Part shown: positions 39,801 to 49,824 of the stretch, piece after piece
Position numbering within the stretch: the stretch's first letter is position 1
Layout: the number at the start of each line of letters is the position of its first letter
From: an uncultured Actinomycetota bacterium
Lineage (GTDB): Bacteria; Actinomycetota; Actinomycetes; Mycobacteriales; Mycobacteriaceae
Assembly: GCA_963843125.1 (NCBI GenBank)
Contig: CAWJIX010000007.1
Coordinates: 741,580 to 805,579 of the forward strand
DNA length: 64,000 bases
Direction of reading: 5' to 3'
Position numbers and translations under genes: made by a program
Notes under the pieces: model-generated
What the model was told of the DNA's origin: nothing
What the model saw: the letters and a program-made list of their open reading frames with translations, nothing else
Databases searched by the model: none

Positions 39801-42800
39801 ACGACGTGACCCGCGCCCTCGAAGCGCTGCGAAAGCTGCTGCCAATTGGCGTCGACCTCGCCTTCGTCCATCAGCCAGAGCTTGACGAGGTCCTCGCGCG
39901 CGCTGGCCCAGCGGTCGTCGAACAGCACCGCCTTACGACCGTCGAACACCGGAGCCACCAAACGTGGCCAGTCCGAACCGAGTTCGGCGGTGACGAGGTC
40001 GATCAGCTCGGCGTCGGTCGCTGCCTCCGGTGTCGAAACCGCGCCGTCCAGCCCCAGCTGGTTCAGGATCGTGCGCGCGGCCGACGCGAGCACGCCGTCG
40101 CGACCGGTGACCTTCTCGGCGAACTCAGTGAGCGCCGCGGAGTCCACCACGCCGCCACCGGCACCGCCGCCTGCCGACGGCAGGGCGACGGCGACACCGC
40201 GCCGGGCAGCGACGGCGGCGACCGCGCTGTCTACGACCTTGTCCACCGTCGCGGCGTCGGCCAGCGCACCGTCGTGCAGGCCACCGAGGCTGCCGCCGCG
40301 GACGCTGGAGCCTTCACGGGTGCCCAGAGCCACCTCGGCCGTCACGTGCTTGACCCAGCCGTCGCCGAGCATCCAGGTCTTCTTGACCCGTTCGGCGATC
40401 GCGGCCGGCCTCCTGCCGGACGGGCCGAGCACCGTGCGCAGCTGGTCGTTGATCGCGTCGGAAAGCACTGAGCCGAAAGGCTTGTACGTCCGCGCGAGCT
40501 TCGTCACCTGACCCTTCAGCCCGGCCAGATCGGCCTCAGCGGCACCGTCGATGGCGCCGAGGTCCAACTCCGAGCCGAGGTCGACCAGCAACTGATTGCG
40601 CCGAGACGACGCACCGTCGGTGATCGACTCGATGGAGTCCAGCGGTTCGATCTGGTCGATGCGCATCTTCGCCGACAGCGCGATCAGCGCCATGGTGGCG
40701 TCGGCGGCGTCGAACGGAATGTCGTCGGGCTGCGGCGTACCCGCAGGCGCGGTAGCCGGAGCGGGTGCCGGTGCGGCCGTCTCGGCGGCGGGCTCGGCCG
40801 CTGCCTCCTGCGCGGGTGTCGGCTCGTCGGCAATGTCGTCGGGCTCGGGATCGGTGTCCGTCGCGAACAACACCGCGGCGTCGCGCTCGGAGTTGAGCAC
40901 TTCCGTTGTGTTGTGCGAATACTCGGGCAGCTTCAGCGTGTTGGTGGCCAGCCCGGCGACGGTCGGTGCGGACTTCACCCCGATCTCGACGAACCGTTCG
41001 ACACCGAGGCCGCCCGCCGCCTCCTCGATGAAGAGCAGGTCCTGCGTCTCGATCCAGCGCACCGGGCTGGCGAACTGCCATGCCAGCAACTCGATGACGA
41101 TCTTGCGGCACAGTTCGGCCGGCTTCTCGTTGCGCCAAGTGTCGTAATCGGCGAGGATCTCGTCGAGCGGCTCGGCGGGCACCAGATCGCGGATCTCCTG
41201 AATGAAGTCGCGGTCGAGTGTGAACGGCCGCGGCACCAGGTTCGGGATGTACTTGCCGATCAGCAGATCCGGGTCCGCGTCGCGCGGCATGACGCGCTCC
41301 AGCGAGCGGCGGAAGTCGGCGACGCCGACCCGCAGCACCGAGGAGTGGAACGGCACGTCGATACCCGGCACCAGGATGAAGGACCGTTTGCCGCCGCTGA
41401 TCTCGCGGCGCTTCTCGACCTCTTCCTCCAGCACCTCGAGCCCGCGCACCGTGCCCGCGATGGCGTACTGCGAGCCGCGCAGGTTGAAGTTCACGATCTG
41501 CAGGAATTCGCCTGTATTCGCCGCGATATTCGCGACGAAGTCGACGACCTCGGAGTCATCGAGGTCGATTTGCGACGGACGGATCGCGGCGAGCCGGTAA
41601 TTGGACCGGCCGAACTCGTCGCGCGGCACGATGTCGTGCATCTTCGAACCGCGGTGGAACACCACCTCGAGCAGCGCCTCGAGCTCGTACACGCCGCTGA
41701 CGCAGGCCAGCGCGGTGTACTCGCCGACGGAGTGACCGCAGGCGATGGCGCCCTCGACGAACGCACCCTGCTCGCGCATCTCGGCGACCTGTGCGGCCGC
41801 CACCGTGGCCATCGCGACCTGGGTGAACTGCGTCAGGTACAGCACGCCCTCGGGGTGCTGATAGTGCACACCGCTGGCGATCAGGCTCGTCGGGTTGTCG
41901 CGCACCACGTGCAGGACCGAGAAGCCCAGCGTCTCGCGGGTGAACTTGTCGGCGGAGTCCCACACCTTGCGGGCGGCCTTGGAGCGGGCCCGCACCTCCA
42001 TGCCCATGCCCTTGTGCTGGATGCCCTGGCCCGGGAATGCATACACGGTCTTCGGCGCGGCCAGCTGTGCCGTCGCCGACATCACCAGGTTGGAGCCGAC
42101 GCGCGCGGCGATCTCGAGAATCTCTGCGCCACGGTCGATCCCGACACGGTCGACGCGGATGTCGACCTCGTCGCCGGGCAACACCATGCCCAGGAAGCGG
42201 GCGGTCCAGCCGACCAGCCTGGCAGGCGGAATGGCCTTGCCATCGGTGGCGGTGACCACCTGCTGGGCGGCGGCGGACAGCCACATGCCGTGCACGATGG
42301 GTGATTCCAGGCCCGCCAGCAGCGCGGCGGCGCGGTCGGTGTGGATCGGGTTGTGGTCCCCGGAGACCACCGCGAACGCGCTCATATCGGCCGGCGCGTT
42401 GACGGTGACATCGCGGCGACGACGCCTGGGCGTGTCGGTCGCGTTGTCGGTCATCGCGCCGCCGGCACGCATCGGATCGGTGAGTTCGACGGCGCCTGTG
42501 CGGCCGCGGATCGCGAACCGCTCCTCGAGCTTGGCCAGCTCCGCACCCTGGGCGTCGTTGATGACGACGGACACCGTCACCACGCGCCCGACCTCGGTGT
42601 CGATGGCGGCGGAAGCCGTTGCAGCGACGGTTAATTCGGTCCGTTGCTTCGGCAACGCGGCCAGCAGATGCGCAGCGTGATCGAGGTGGACCAGGCTCAG
42701 CAGACCCTCCACGACCGGGAAGCCCTCATCGGTAAGGGCCGAGCCGATGACCGAGAACACCGCGGGCCAGCAGAGGCCGACCAGCGCGTCGGGCACCACC

Positions 42801-45800
42801 GTGAGACCGGGCGCCAGCGGCGCGCCGAACGTCGCAGTCACCCCGGTGTGGTCGGCAACCTTCTCCGGATCCCAATCGACGGTGAGCTCAGCGGTGTTGT
42901 TCACGACCGCCGGCAACGCATCGGGGCCGTCGGCGCCCGCGGCGATCGCCAGCACCGAACGCATCGCGCTCGACGCGTCCTCGACGGTGACGACGGGCAT
43001 GCCGCCGTCGACGGTGCAGGCCGGCAACGTGAAGCGGATCGTGATCCAGGTGCCGGAAAGCGGAACGCTCAGCGTGACGGTGTCATCGTCGGACAGCTCG
43101 AGCCGTGCACCCGTGGACGGGTGTGTGGCGGAACGGTTTTGGTTGACCTGCCACTTGGCCGGCTCGCCGATGCGGTGCACCGGGTTGATGGCGGCGCGGC
43201 CCGCCCACAGCACATCGGGCGCATCGAGCACGACGGCCAAGGGGCCGGTCACGTCGCCGCGCGCCTGACGGCGGCTGACCACGGAGACGGGCTCGGCGGA
43301 TTCCGATGCGAGCACGTCGTCGATCGACGCCTTCTCGAACCGGTCGAGCAGGTTGCCGACAGGCTCGTCCATGATCGTGATGCCTGCGACGGCCTGGGTG
43401 CCGGGGATGATGCACACCTGGTCGGCGTCGTAGCGGGCGTCGTGCGCCTGCCACAGCGAGTCGCTGCGCCACCAGCGGCGCACGTCCTTGTCGATGACGG
43501 GCACGAAGTTGACCGGCTTGCCCAGCGTCTTGCACAGCTGGACGAAGAACGGCACATCGGCCGGGTGCAGCTTGATGGTGCCCGCGTCCGGGTAGCGGCC
43601 CAGCAGCGCGGTGATGGCCTGCTCGGGCTTCTCCAACAGCGCTTGGTCGTCGAACAGCGTGTCGATCGGCCCGAAGTCCTTCGGGTGCAAGCGGGCCTCG
43701 GCGCGCTTGAGCATCTCGGCGAACCGGTCACGCCAGGTGTCGGCCAGCCACGGGCTGCCGGGCGCCGCGGTGTCGGCGGTGCTGTCGCCGTCGCCGATCG
43801 CGAGCTCGACATAGCGCCGCAGCCATCCCAGGTACGTCATCTCACCGATGTCGCCGAAGTACGGCTTGCAGGTGTTGGCCATCGCGGCGATGATCTCGTC
43901 GCGGCGGGCGGCGACGGCCTCGGCGTCACCGGCCACCTCGTCGAGCAGCCGGCCGCAACGCGACGCCGTGTTGTCGATCTCGTGGATGTCGGCGCCGAGC
44001 TGGCTGCGGCTGGAAGCCATGCCGCCCTGAGCTTTTCCGGCGCTGATCCAGTGGTCGGTGCCACCGGTCTCAACGAGCATCCGCTTCACCGAGGGCGACG
44101 TCGTGGCCTCGAGAGTGGCCATCGCGGCGGTGCCGACCAGGATGCCGTCGACCGGCATCAGCGGGAAGCCGTATTCCCGGGCCCAGCGGCCGGAGAGGTA
44201 TTCGGCCGACCGCTCGGGTGTGCCGATACCGCCGCCGACGCACACGGTGATGTTCGATCGCGAGCGCAGTTCGGAGTAGGTGGCCAGCAGAAGGTCGTCG
44301 AGGTCCTCCCACGAGTGGTGGCCACCGGCGCGGCCGCCCTCGATGTGCATGATGACCGGCTTGGTCGGCACCTCGGCGGCGATCCGGATCACCGAGCGGA
44401 TCTGCTCGACGGTGCCCGGTTTGAACACGACGTGGCTGATGCCGACCTCGTTGAGCTCCTCGATCAGCGTGACAGCCTCTTCGAGCTCGGGGATGCCCGC
44501 GCTGACGACGACGCCGTCGATCGGGGCGCCGGACTGGCGCGCCTTCTGCACCAGCCGCTTGCCACCGACCTGGAGCTTCCACAGATACGGGTCGAGGAAC
44601 AGCGAGTTGAACTGCACGGCGCGGCCCGGCTCGAGCAGCCGCGTCAGCTCGGCGATGCGGTTGTCGAAGATCTCCTCGGTGACCTGTCCGCCGCCGGCGA
44701 GCTCGGACCAGTGGCCCGCGTTCGCCGCGGCCGCCACGATCTTGGCGTCGACCGTCGTCGGGGTCATGCCCGCGAGCAGGATCGGCGACCGGCCGGTCAG
44801 CCTGGTGAACTTCGTCGACAGCTTCACCGAGCCGTCGGGAAGGGTGACGAGGGTCGGGGCGTAGCTCGACCACGGCTTGGCCACCTCGGGCACCGCGCCG
44901 ACCGTGAACAGGTTGCGTTGTCCGCCACGGGTGGCGGCGGGCACAATTCCGACGCCGAGGCCGCGGATGACCGGCGCTGTCAGCCGGGTGAGGATGTCGC
45001 CGGGACCGAGGTCGAGGATCCAGCGGGCACCCGCCTCGTGCAGGTTGTTGATCTCGCCGACCCAGTCCACCGGGCGCACCAGAATGGCCTCGGCCATCTC
45101 GCGGGCCAGGTCGACATCCAAGCCGACGGCCGCGGCCCAGCCGCCGACCATGTCGACGGCGTCCGACAGCCGTGGCGTGTGGAAGCCGACCTCGACCTGA
45201 ACCGGATCGAATACGGGGCTGAATACCGCGCCGCCGCGAATCTTGTTCTTGCGCTCGGCTTCTTCCTTTTCGGCGATCTGCTCGCAGTAGAGCTCGAAGC
45301 GCGACAGCTGCTCGGGCGTGCCGGTGATGACGACGGAGCGCCTGCCGTTGCGGATGGACAGCACCGGTGGCAGCACGGTGCGGACGTCCTGCGCGAACTC
45401 CTCGAGGAGCTCGGCGATGCGCTCGGGGTCGGCGTTGGTGACCGAGACCATCGGCGGGCGGTCGCCGAGCACCGAGATGCCGCGACGACGGGCCACCAGC
45501 GTGCCCGCGGTTCCGATCAGCTGCGCCATCGCCAGCAGCTCGACGTCCTTGGCGCCCTTGGCCTCCAGCGCCTTGACGCCCAGCACGCCCTGGGAGTGCC
45601 CTGCAACGGCGACGGGTGGTGTCGCGGCGAGGTCCATGCCCTGGCGGCTCATCGCACGCACGGCGGCGATCTGGGTCAGCAACACGCCCGGCACCGACAC
45701 GGCCGCCGACGTCAGATGCTTGGCGCTCGGCACGGCCTCTTCGGCGGCGAGTGCGCGCACCCAGTGCATCGGCTGGAAGCCGATCGGACGCACCACGATC

Positions 45801-46072
45801 AGCTCGCGCGCGACCGGCCCCAGCCGTAGCTCGGCCTCTCCGACCAGCGTCGCCAATTCGGCCTCGATACCCGCCGAGGACACCAGTTCCTCCAGCGTCT
45901 CCAGCCAGGCGCTGCCCTGGCCGCCGAACGCGACGGCATACGGCTCGCCGGCACTCAGACGATCGACGAGGGCGTGGCTGGGCTGAGGCGCTCCCGATTC
46001 GTCATCGCGTCCGGTGGACACTTCCTCTGGCTCCGCCGGGGTACCCCAGTCGTGCTTCTCATTGATCGTCAC
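36818..46072 (-). CDS. fas: Type I fatty acid synthase
   Basis: AT GHSQG, ER GGHHS, DH SGDHNPIH, MPT GHSVGEY, ACP GASSRRNQ, KR TGASKGSI, KS GACATAA/KHDTST/GHAKGG; GAGGAG RBS before GTG 46072. Confidence 0.97.
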   Translation of the reverse strand: MTINEKHDWGTPAEPEEVSTGRDDESGAPQPSHALVDRLSAGEPYAVAFGGQGSAWLETLEELVSSAGIEAELATLVGEAELRLGPVARELIVVRPIGFQPMHWVRALAAEEAVPSAKHLTSAAVSVPGVLLTQIAAVRAMSRQGMDLAATPPVAVAGHSQGVLGVKALEAKGAKDVELLAMAQLIGTAGTLVARRRGISVLGDRPPMVSVTNADPERIAELLEEFAQDVRTVLPPVLSIRNGRRSVVITGTPEQLSRFELYCEQIAEKEEAERKNKIRGGAVFSPVFDPVQVEVGFHTPRLSDAVDMVGGWAAAVGLDVDLAREMAEAILVRPVDWVGEINNLHEAGARWILDLGPGDILTRLTAPVIRGLGVGIVPAATRGGQRNLFTVGAVPEVAKPWSSYAPTLVTLPDGSVKLSTKFTRLTGRSPILLAGMTPTTVDAKIVAAAANAGHWSELAGGGQVTEEIFDNRIAELTRLLEPGRAVQFNSLFLDPYLWKLQVGGKRLVQKARQSGAPIDGVVVSAGIPELEEAVTLIEELNEVGISHVVFKPGTVEQIRSVIRIAAEVPTKPVIMHIEGGRAGGHHSWEDLDDLLLATYSELRSRSNITVCVGGGIGTPERSAEYLSGRWAREYGFPLMPVDGILVGTAAMATLEATTSPSVKRMLVETGGTDHWISAGKAQGGMASSRSQLGADIHEIDNTASRCGRLLDEVAGDAEAVAARRDEIIAAMANTCKPYFGDIGEMTYLGWLRRYVELAIGDGDSTADTAAPGSPWLADTWRDRFAEMLKRAEARLHPKDFGPIDTLFDDQALLEKPEQAITALLGRYPDAGTIKLHPADVPFFVQLCKTLGKPVNFVPVIDKDVRRWWRSDSLWQAHDARYDADQVCIIPGTQAVAGITIMDEPVGNLLDRFEKASIDDVLASESAEPVSVVSRRQARGDVTGPLAVVLDAPDVLWAGRAAINPVHRIGEPAKWQVNQNRSATHPSTGARLELSDDDTVTLSVPLSGTWITIRFTLPACTVDGGMPVVTVEDASSAMRSVLAIAAGADGPDALPAVVNNTAELTVDWDPEKVADHTGVTATFGAPLAPGLTVVPDALVGLCWPAVFSVIGSALTDEGFPVVEGLLSLVHLDHAAHLLAALPKQRTELTVAATASAAIDTEVGRVVTVSVVINDAQGAELAKLEERFAIRGRTGAVELTDPMRAGGAMTDNATDTPRRRRRDVTVNAPADMSAFAVVSGDHNPIHTDRAAALLAGLESPIVHGMWLSAAAQQVVTATDGKAIPPARLVGWTARFLGMVLPGDEVDIRVDRVGIDRGAEILEIAARVGSNLVMSATAQLAAPKTVYAFPGQGIQHKGMGMEVRARSKAARKVWDSADKFTRETLGFSVLHVVRDNPTSLIASGVHYQHPEGVLYLTQFTQVAMATVAAAQVAEMREQGAFVEGAIACGHSVGEYTALACVSGVYELEALLEVVFHRGSKMHDIVPRDEFGRSNYRLAAIRPSQIDLDDSEVVDFVANIAANTGEFLQIVNFNLRGSQYAIAGTVRGLEVLEEEVEKRREISGGKRSFILVPGIDVPFHSSVLRVGVADFRRSLERVMPRDADPDLLIGKYIPNLVPRPFTLDRDFIQEIRDLVPAEPLDEILADYDTWRNEKPAELCRKIVIELLAWQFASPVRWIETQDLLFIEEAAGGLGVERFVEIGVKSAPTVAGLATNTLKLPEYSHNTTEVLNSERDAAVLFATDTDPEPDDIADEPTPAQEAAAEPAAETAAPAPAPATAPAGTPQPDDIPFDAADATMALIALSAKMRIDQIEPLDSIESITDGASSRRNQLLVDLGSELDLGAIDGAAEADLAGLKGQVTKLARTYKPFGSVLSDAINDQLRTVLGPSGRRPAAIAERVKKTWMLGDGWVKHVTAEVALGTREGSSVRGGSLGGLHDGALADAATVDKVVDSAVAAVAARRGVAVALPSAGGGAGGGVVDSAALTEFAEKVTGRDGVLASAARTILNQLGLDGAVSTPEAATDAELIDLVTAELGSDWPRLVAPVFDGRKAVLFDDRWASAREDLVKLWLMDEGEVDANWQQLSQRFEGAGHVVGKQASWWQGKALAAGRTVHASLFGRAAAGAENPGKGRYSDEIAVVTGASKGSIAASVAAGLLDGGATVIATTSKLDDNRLEFYRDLYRDNARFGAALWVVPANMASYSDIDALVAWVGNEQSESLGPQSIHLKDAQTPTLLFPFAAPRVAGDLSEAGSRSEMEMKVLLWAVQRLIGGLSHIGAERDIASRLHVVLPGSPNRGMFGGDGAYGESKSALDAVVTRWNAESSWAQRVSLAHALIGWTRGTGLMGANDAIVSAVEEAGVTTYSTEQMAAMLLDLCSIESKVAAAQQPLKVDLTGGLGDIDIDMSELAAKAREEMAAESAEDSEEQGGTIAALPSPPRGFTAAPAPQWADLDIDPADMVVIVGGAELGPYGSSRTRFEMEVDNELSAAGVLELAWTTGLIKWEDDPKPGWYDTESGDLVDESELVERYHDAVVERTGIREFVDDGAIDPDHASPLLVSVFLDKDFTFVVSSEADARAFVQFDPEHTVATPVPDSSDWQVTRKAGTEIRVPRKTKLSRTVGGQIPTGFDPTVYGISADMNTSLDRVAVWNIVATVDAFLGAGFTPNELMRWVHPTMVASTQGTGMGGMTSMQTMYHGNLLGRNKPNDILQEVLPNVVAAHVIQSYVGSYGSMIHPVGACATAAVSVEEGVDKIRLGKAELVVTGGFDDLTLEAIIGFGDMAATADTEMMRARGISDSKFSRANDRRRLGFVESQGGGTILLARGDLALKMGLPVLAVVGYAQSFADGVHTSIPAPGLGALGAGRGGKDSLLARSLAKLGVGADDIAVISKHDTSTLANDPNETELHERLADSLGRSDGAPLFIVSQKSLTGHAKGGAAVFQMMGMCQMLRDGVIPPNRSLDCVDDELAGSEHFVWVRETLRLGEKYPLKAGLVTSLGFGHVSGVIALVHPQAFVAALDAQQRSDYQQRAHARVFAGQRRLASAIAGGKSLYERPASNRRLDDEAPENRAEAEMLLDPTSRLGEDGVYTR

Positions 46073-46288
46073 GTCTCGTAATCTCCTCGGTCCTGCTTCT
46101 CGCACGTCTCGCGTCGCTTCGTGGCATCTGGGCTGTCGTCTTTGGACGGTGACCTCGCTCCCCTGCGAGACCTCCTACGATTCGGCGTCGAATCCGGGCT
46201 GGTTCTCGGCCCCGTTCGGGCCGTCCAGCGGACACTCCAGCCGTACTAAGAGTGTCATAAGAGCACAGAGGATTTTTCCGCCTGAAAT

Positions 46289-46319
46289 GGTTACTGGCGA
46301 GTTCTACGCTCGGGTAACC
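46289..46319. promoter_or_regulatory. Probable FasR operator in the fas promoter
   Basis: GGTTAC...GTAACC inverted ends around TGGCGAGTTCTACG; resembles the fas-promoter FasR site as recalled; further GGTAAC/GGTTAC half-sites at 46328 and 46387. Confidence 0.6.
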
Positions 46320-46576
46320 ACGCGTTCGGTAACACCGACCCGAGAACCGGCGGAAGTCTTCCAAGACAAACGTCCTGCATGGAAGTGGTTACGGTCGAGT
46401 AGGCGCAACAGCGCTGATCAAGGCATGACTGTTATCAAATCGTTATGTAAAAATTTCGCCTCGGCTCCGGCGCCGCGCCGACGGGTCGAAACGCGACAAT
46501 TCGACCGATTGTGTCTTGTCGGTAGCGCCAACGAACCAAAAAAGTTTGCTGGGGCATACTTACTGATCGGTAAGGT

Positions 46577-47290
46577 TTAGTCCCACTGGCCGAATCGCGG
46601 CTTCAAAACCTCGTTGATGTCGACGCCGACGCCGCCGACGCTTCGCTTGTCGATTTCCACCTGATGCAGGTGCGCGGCGGGATGGACGAACCCCTTCGGC
46701 GAACCCCAGTTGTGCTGCCAAAAGTACGAGCCCAGCCCGTCCTGCAGCGCCCAGTCGATGGTCTTGGAGTTGGCGTAAACGCCCACCCTCTGGTGGCCCA
46801 GCACCGTCTCCCAGCTGCGCAGGTACGGCGCCACTTGCCGCTTGTACTGGTCAAACGAGGGATCGTCGTCGATCGAGGCATAGATCGGCGCCCCGTACGA
46901 GCCGCCCGCGGCGACATGTAACTGCCAGCCCCGCTTGGCGTGCCGAATGCCGGCGTCCTGGCCGCCGAGCCAGTCGGCGGTGTCCTGCTTGCCGTACTGG
47001 TAGCAAGAGACGATCTTGAGGCCGTTCTGGTACAGGTCGCGGGCTTCGGGAAGCTGGATCGGCTTGCCGAGCATCCAGTCCCCTCCCGGCCTGCGGTCGG
47101 ACACATAGCGGATAGCTCCGTGCGCCCCTGCCGAGCGGATGTCAGCGGCGGGGATGACGCCCGCCGCATAGTCGAGCAGGATCCCGAGCGGGGCAGCCTT
47201 CGCCTGGGGTGCGGGCACCAGCGAGGCCGCGGCCAATGCCGCCGGGGCCGCCGCCGCGCACTTCAGCAGGGCCCGTCGCGACATGGACAC
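46577..47290 (-). CDS. Tat-exported DUF1906 putative peptidoglycan hydrolase (Rv2525c-like)
   Basis: Twin-Arg SRRALLK; [27 protein letters not shown]. Confidence 0.9.
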   Translation of the reverse strand: MSMSRRALLKCAAAAPAALAAASLVPAPQAKAAPLGILLDYAAGVIPAADIRSAGAHGAIRYVSDRRPGGDWMLGKPIQLPEARDLYQNGLKIVSCYQYGKQDTADWLGGQDAGIRHAKRGWQLHVAAGGSYGAPIYASIDDDPSFDQYKRQVAPYLRSWETVLGHQRVGVYANSKTIDWALQDGLGSYFWQHNWGSPKGFVHPAAHLHQVEIDKRSVGGVGVDINEVLKPRFGQWD

Positions 47291-47380
47291 GTGCCACAGG
47301 GTACGACAGAAACCTCGATTTTCACTCCAACGCCACTGGTCACACTTACATCAAGATTCCCAGCCGCCATCGCCAGCACC

Positions 47381-47441
47381 CGCGAACGTTCCGTACCGGT
47401 CGACGCTCGGGCTGATTGTCGACGGGTAAGGAACGTTCGCG
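47381..47441. repeat. Long imperfect inverted repeat between divergent genes
   Basis: 24-bp arms (47381-47404, 47418-47441), 2 mismatches, 13-nt loop. Confidence 0.7.
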
Positions 47442-47464
47442 CGAAGGTGACGGATGATCGCGGG

Positions 47465-48625
47465 GTGACCGCGCAGCTGAACTTCGAGCCATTCCGCATC
47501 GACATCCCCCACACCGACCTGGCTGACCTGAAGGCCCGGCTGGCCGCGACGCGCTGGCCCGAGCAGTTGCCGGGCCCTCCCTGGCAGCGCGGCGTACCCG
47601 TCGACTACCTGCGGCAACTGGCCGACTACTGGGCCGACGGGTTCGACTGGCGCACGCAGGAGGCCGAGTTGAACTCATACCCGCAGTTCCGCACCCGGAT
47701 CGACGGGCAGACGGTGCATTTCTTGCACATCGAGTCACCGGAACGGGGCGCGCGGCCGCTGATCCTTCTGCACGGCTGGCCGGGATCGGTGGTGGAGTTC
47801 CTCGACGTGATCGGCCCGCTGAGCAATCCGCGCGCCCATGGGCTGGACCCCGCGCAGGCGTATCACCTCGTCATCCCGTCCCTCGTCGGATTCGGCTTCT
47901 CGACCCCGCTGTCCGGCGCCGGCTGGACCGCAACTCGCATCGCGGCGGCATTCACCGACCTGATGGCTGCGCTCGGCTACGACCGTTATTGCGTGCAGGG
48001 CGGCGACTACGGCTCGTTCATCGGCCCGGTGATGGGCGGCCTCGCCCCGGACCGCGTGATCGGTGTGCACGTCAACGCGGTCGCCTTCGGCTTCATGCCC
48101 GGCAAGGGCGTGACCGCCGAGGACCTCGCTTCGATGACCGAGCTCGAACGCGACCGGGTGGCACGAGCACAGGAGTGGGCCGCCGAGAAGGCCGGCTACT
48201 TCAAACTCCAGGGCACCCGGCCGCAGACTCTCAGCTACGGCCTGACCGACTCGCCCGCAGGACAGCTGGCGTGGATCGTGGAGAAGTTCAAGGAGTGGAC
48301 GGACGCCGCCAAGGAGTTGCCCGAGGACTCGGTCCCGCGCGATCGTCTGCTCGCCAACGTGTCGGTTTACTGGTTCACCGGCACCGCGGGCCCGTCGGCC
48401 AACCTCTACTACGAGACCACCCACAACCGGACACTGCCGGAGCCGTCGGGCGTACCCACCGGCGTCGCGGTGTTCGCCGAGGATCTGGGAATCCGAAGTG
48501 TCGGCGAGAAGTGGCACAACGTCACCCACTGGAGCGACTTCGACACCGGCGGCCACTTCGCTGCGATGGAGACGCCGCAGTTGCTCGTCGAGGACATCCG
48601 GACCTTCTTCGCGACGGTGACGTGA
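47465..48625 (+). CDS. Epoxide hydrolase (EHN plus alpha/beta hydrolase)
   Basis: [19 protein letters not shown] (nucleophile Asp), GGHFAAME. Confidence 0.92.
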   Translation: MTAQLNFEPFRIDIPHTDLADLKARLAATRWPEQLPGPPWQRGVPVDYLRQLADYWADGFDWRTQEAELNSYPQFRTRIDGQTVHFLHIESPERGARPLILLHGWPGSVVEFLDVIGPLSNPRAHGLDPAQAYHLVIPSLVGFGFSTPLSGAGWTATRIAAAFTDLMAALGYDRYCVQGGDYGSFIGPVMGGLAPDRVIGVHVNAVAFGFMPGKGVTAEDLASMTELERDRVARAQEWAAEKAGYFKLQGTRPQTLSYGLTDSPAGQLAWIVEKFKEWTDAAKELPEDSVPRDRLLANVSVYWFTGTAGPSANLYYETTHNRTLPEPSGVPTGVAVFAEDLGIRSVGEKWHNVTHWSDFDTGGHFAAMETPQLLVEDIRTFFATVT

Positions 48626-48628
48626 ATT

Positions 48629-48681
48629 GCGATTTGGGCGTGGAAACGCGCGCTCAGCGCTGCCAATCACGCCGAAATCGC
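48629..48681. terminator. Imperfect hairpin after the epoxide hydrolase
   Basis: GCGATTTGGGCGTG / CACGCCGAAATCGC arms with one mismatch. Confidence 0.5.
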
Positions 48682-48724
48682 TGATGAGGCTGCGAGTAGA
48701 CCACGGAATTCGTACTATCTGCGA

Positions 48725-49822
48725 ATGCCCTCGGGGACGGCCAGCGCCCAGCAGCGCGCAGACCCCGCTGCCACCGTCGACGATCCACAGATCGAGCTGA
48801 TCGGCGTCCGCAAGGAGTTCGGCGAGAGCCGGGCGCAACGGGTGGTTGCCGTCGAGGGCGCCGACCTGGCCGTCGCCGACGGCGAACTGTTCGCGATCCT
48901 CGGCCCGTCCGGATCGGGCAAGACCACGGTGCTGCGCATGATCGCCGGGTTCGAGCAGCCGACGGCGGGCACGATCCGCCTCGGGGGCGTCGACGTGACC
49001 GCGCTGCCCGCGCGGCATCGCGACGTCAACACCGTCTTTCAGGAATACGCCCTCTTTCCCCACATGACCGTCGCCCAGAACGTCGAATACGGGCTCAAGG
49101 TCAAGGGCGTGCCGCGCGGCGATCGCCGCAAGCGCACCTCCGATGCGCTCGACATGGTCCGGCTGAGCGGCGAGGCGGCCCGTAAACCCGCACAATTGTC
49201 GGGCGGCCAGCGCCAGCGAGTTGCGTTGGCGCGCGCGCTCGTCGGACGGCCACGGGTACTGCTGCTCGACGAACCGCTCGGCGCACTGGATCTCAAACTC
49301 CGCGAGCAGATGCAGATCGAGCTCAAGGAGATTCAGCGCGAAGTCGGGATCACGTTCGTCATCGTCACCCACGACCAGGACGAGGCCCTGACCCTGTGCG
49401 ACCGGCTTGCGGTGTTCAACGACGGCCGCATCGAACAGATCGGCAAGGCCCGCGACGTCTACGAGAGCCCGGCGAACCGGTTCGTCGCCGACTTCGTCGG
49501 CACCTCCAACGTGCTCGACGGAGCGGCCGCCGAAAGGCTGGTCGGCAAGCCGGGCACATATGTGGTGCGCCCGGAACGCATCGCGGTGTTCGCACCGGGA
49601 ACCGATCCCGTGTCGGGCGTTCGGACGGTGGACGCGACGGTGCTCGAGGTCATCTACGCGGGAGCGACCACGAAGATCGCCGCCGCCACGGAGCAGGGGG
49701 TCACCCTGACCGCCACAGTGCTCACCGCCAGCACCTGGCTACCGCCAGACCTGCGACACGGCACGCCAATCACGTTGGCGTGGCCGGAGAAAGCCCTTCA
49801 CCAACTGTCAATCGAGGAGTAG
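48725..49822 (+). CDS. potA: Polyamine-type ABC transporter ATP-binding protein
   Basis: GPSGSGKT, VFQEYALFPH, LSGGQRQR, LLLDEP; leaderless TACTAT at 48713-48718. Confidence 0.88.
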   Translation: MPSGTASAQQRADPAATVDDPQIELIGVRKEFGESRAQRVVAVEGADLAVADGELFAILGPSGSGKTTVLRMIAGFEQPTAGTIRLGGVDVTALPARHRDVNTVFQEYALFPHMTVAQNVEYGLKVKGVPRGDRRKRTSDALDMVRLSGEAARKPAQLSGGQRQRVALARALVGRPRVLLLDEPLGALDLKLREQMQIELKEIQREVGITFVIVTHDQDEALTLCDRLAVFNDGRIEQIGKARDVYESPANRFVADFVGTSNVLDGAAAERLVGKPGTYVVRPERIAVFAPGTDPVSGVRTVDATVLEVIYAGATTKIAAATEQGVTLTATVLTASTWLPPDLRHGTPITLAWPEKALHQLSIEE

Positions 49823-49824
49823 CC

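Noticed and set aside
37928-45829. Very long plus-strand ORFs (847, 463, 1061 aa) and similar ORFs opposite accA1/accD1, the LAL gene and others
   Set aside because: Antisense shadows of high-GC coding genes; Arg/Gly/His-rich, with no motifs.
46940-47464. 175-codon N-terminal extension of the epoxide hydrolase ORF (likewise for potD, DoxX, acpS and ECH)
   Set aside because: Overlaps neighbouring genes; family homology starts at the downstream start codons given in features.
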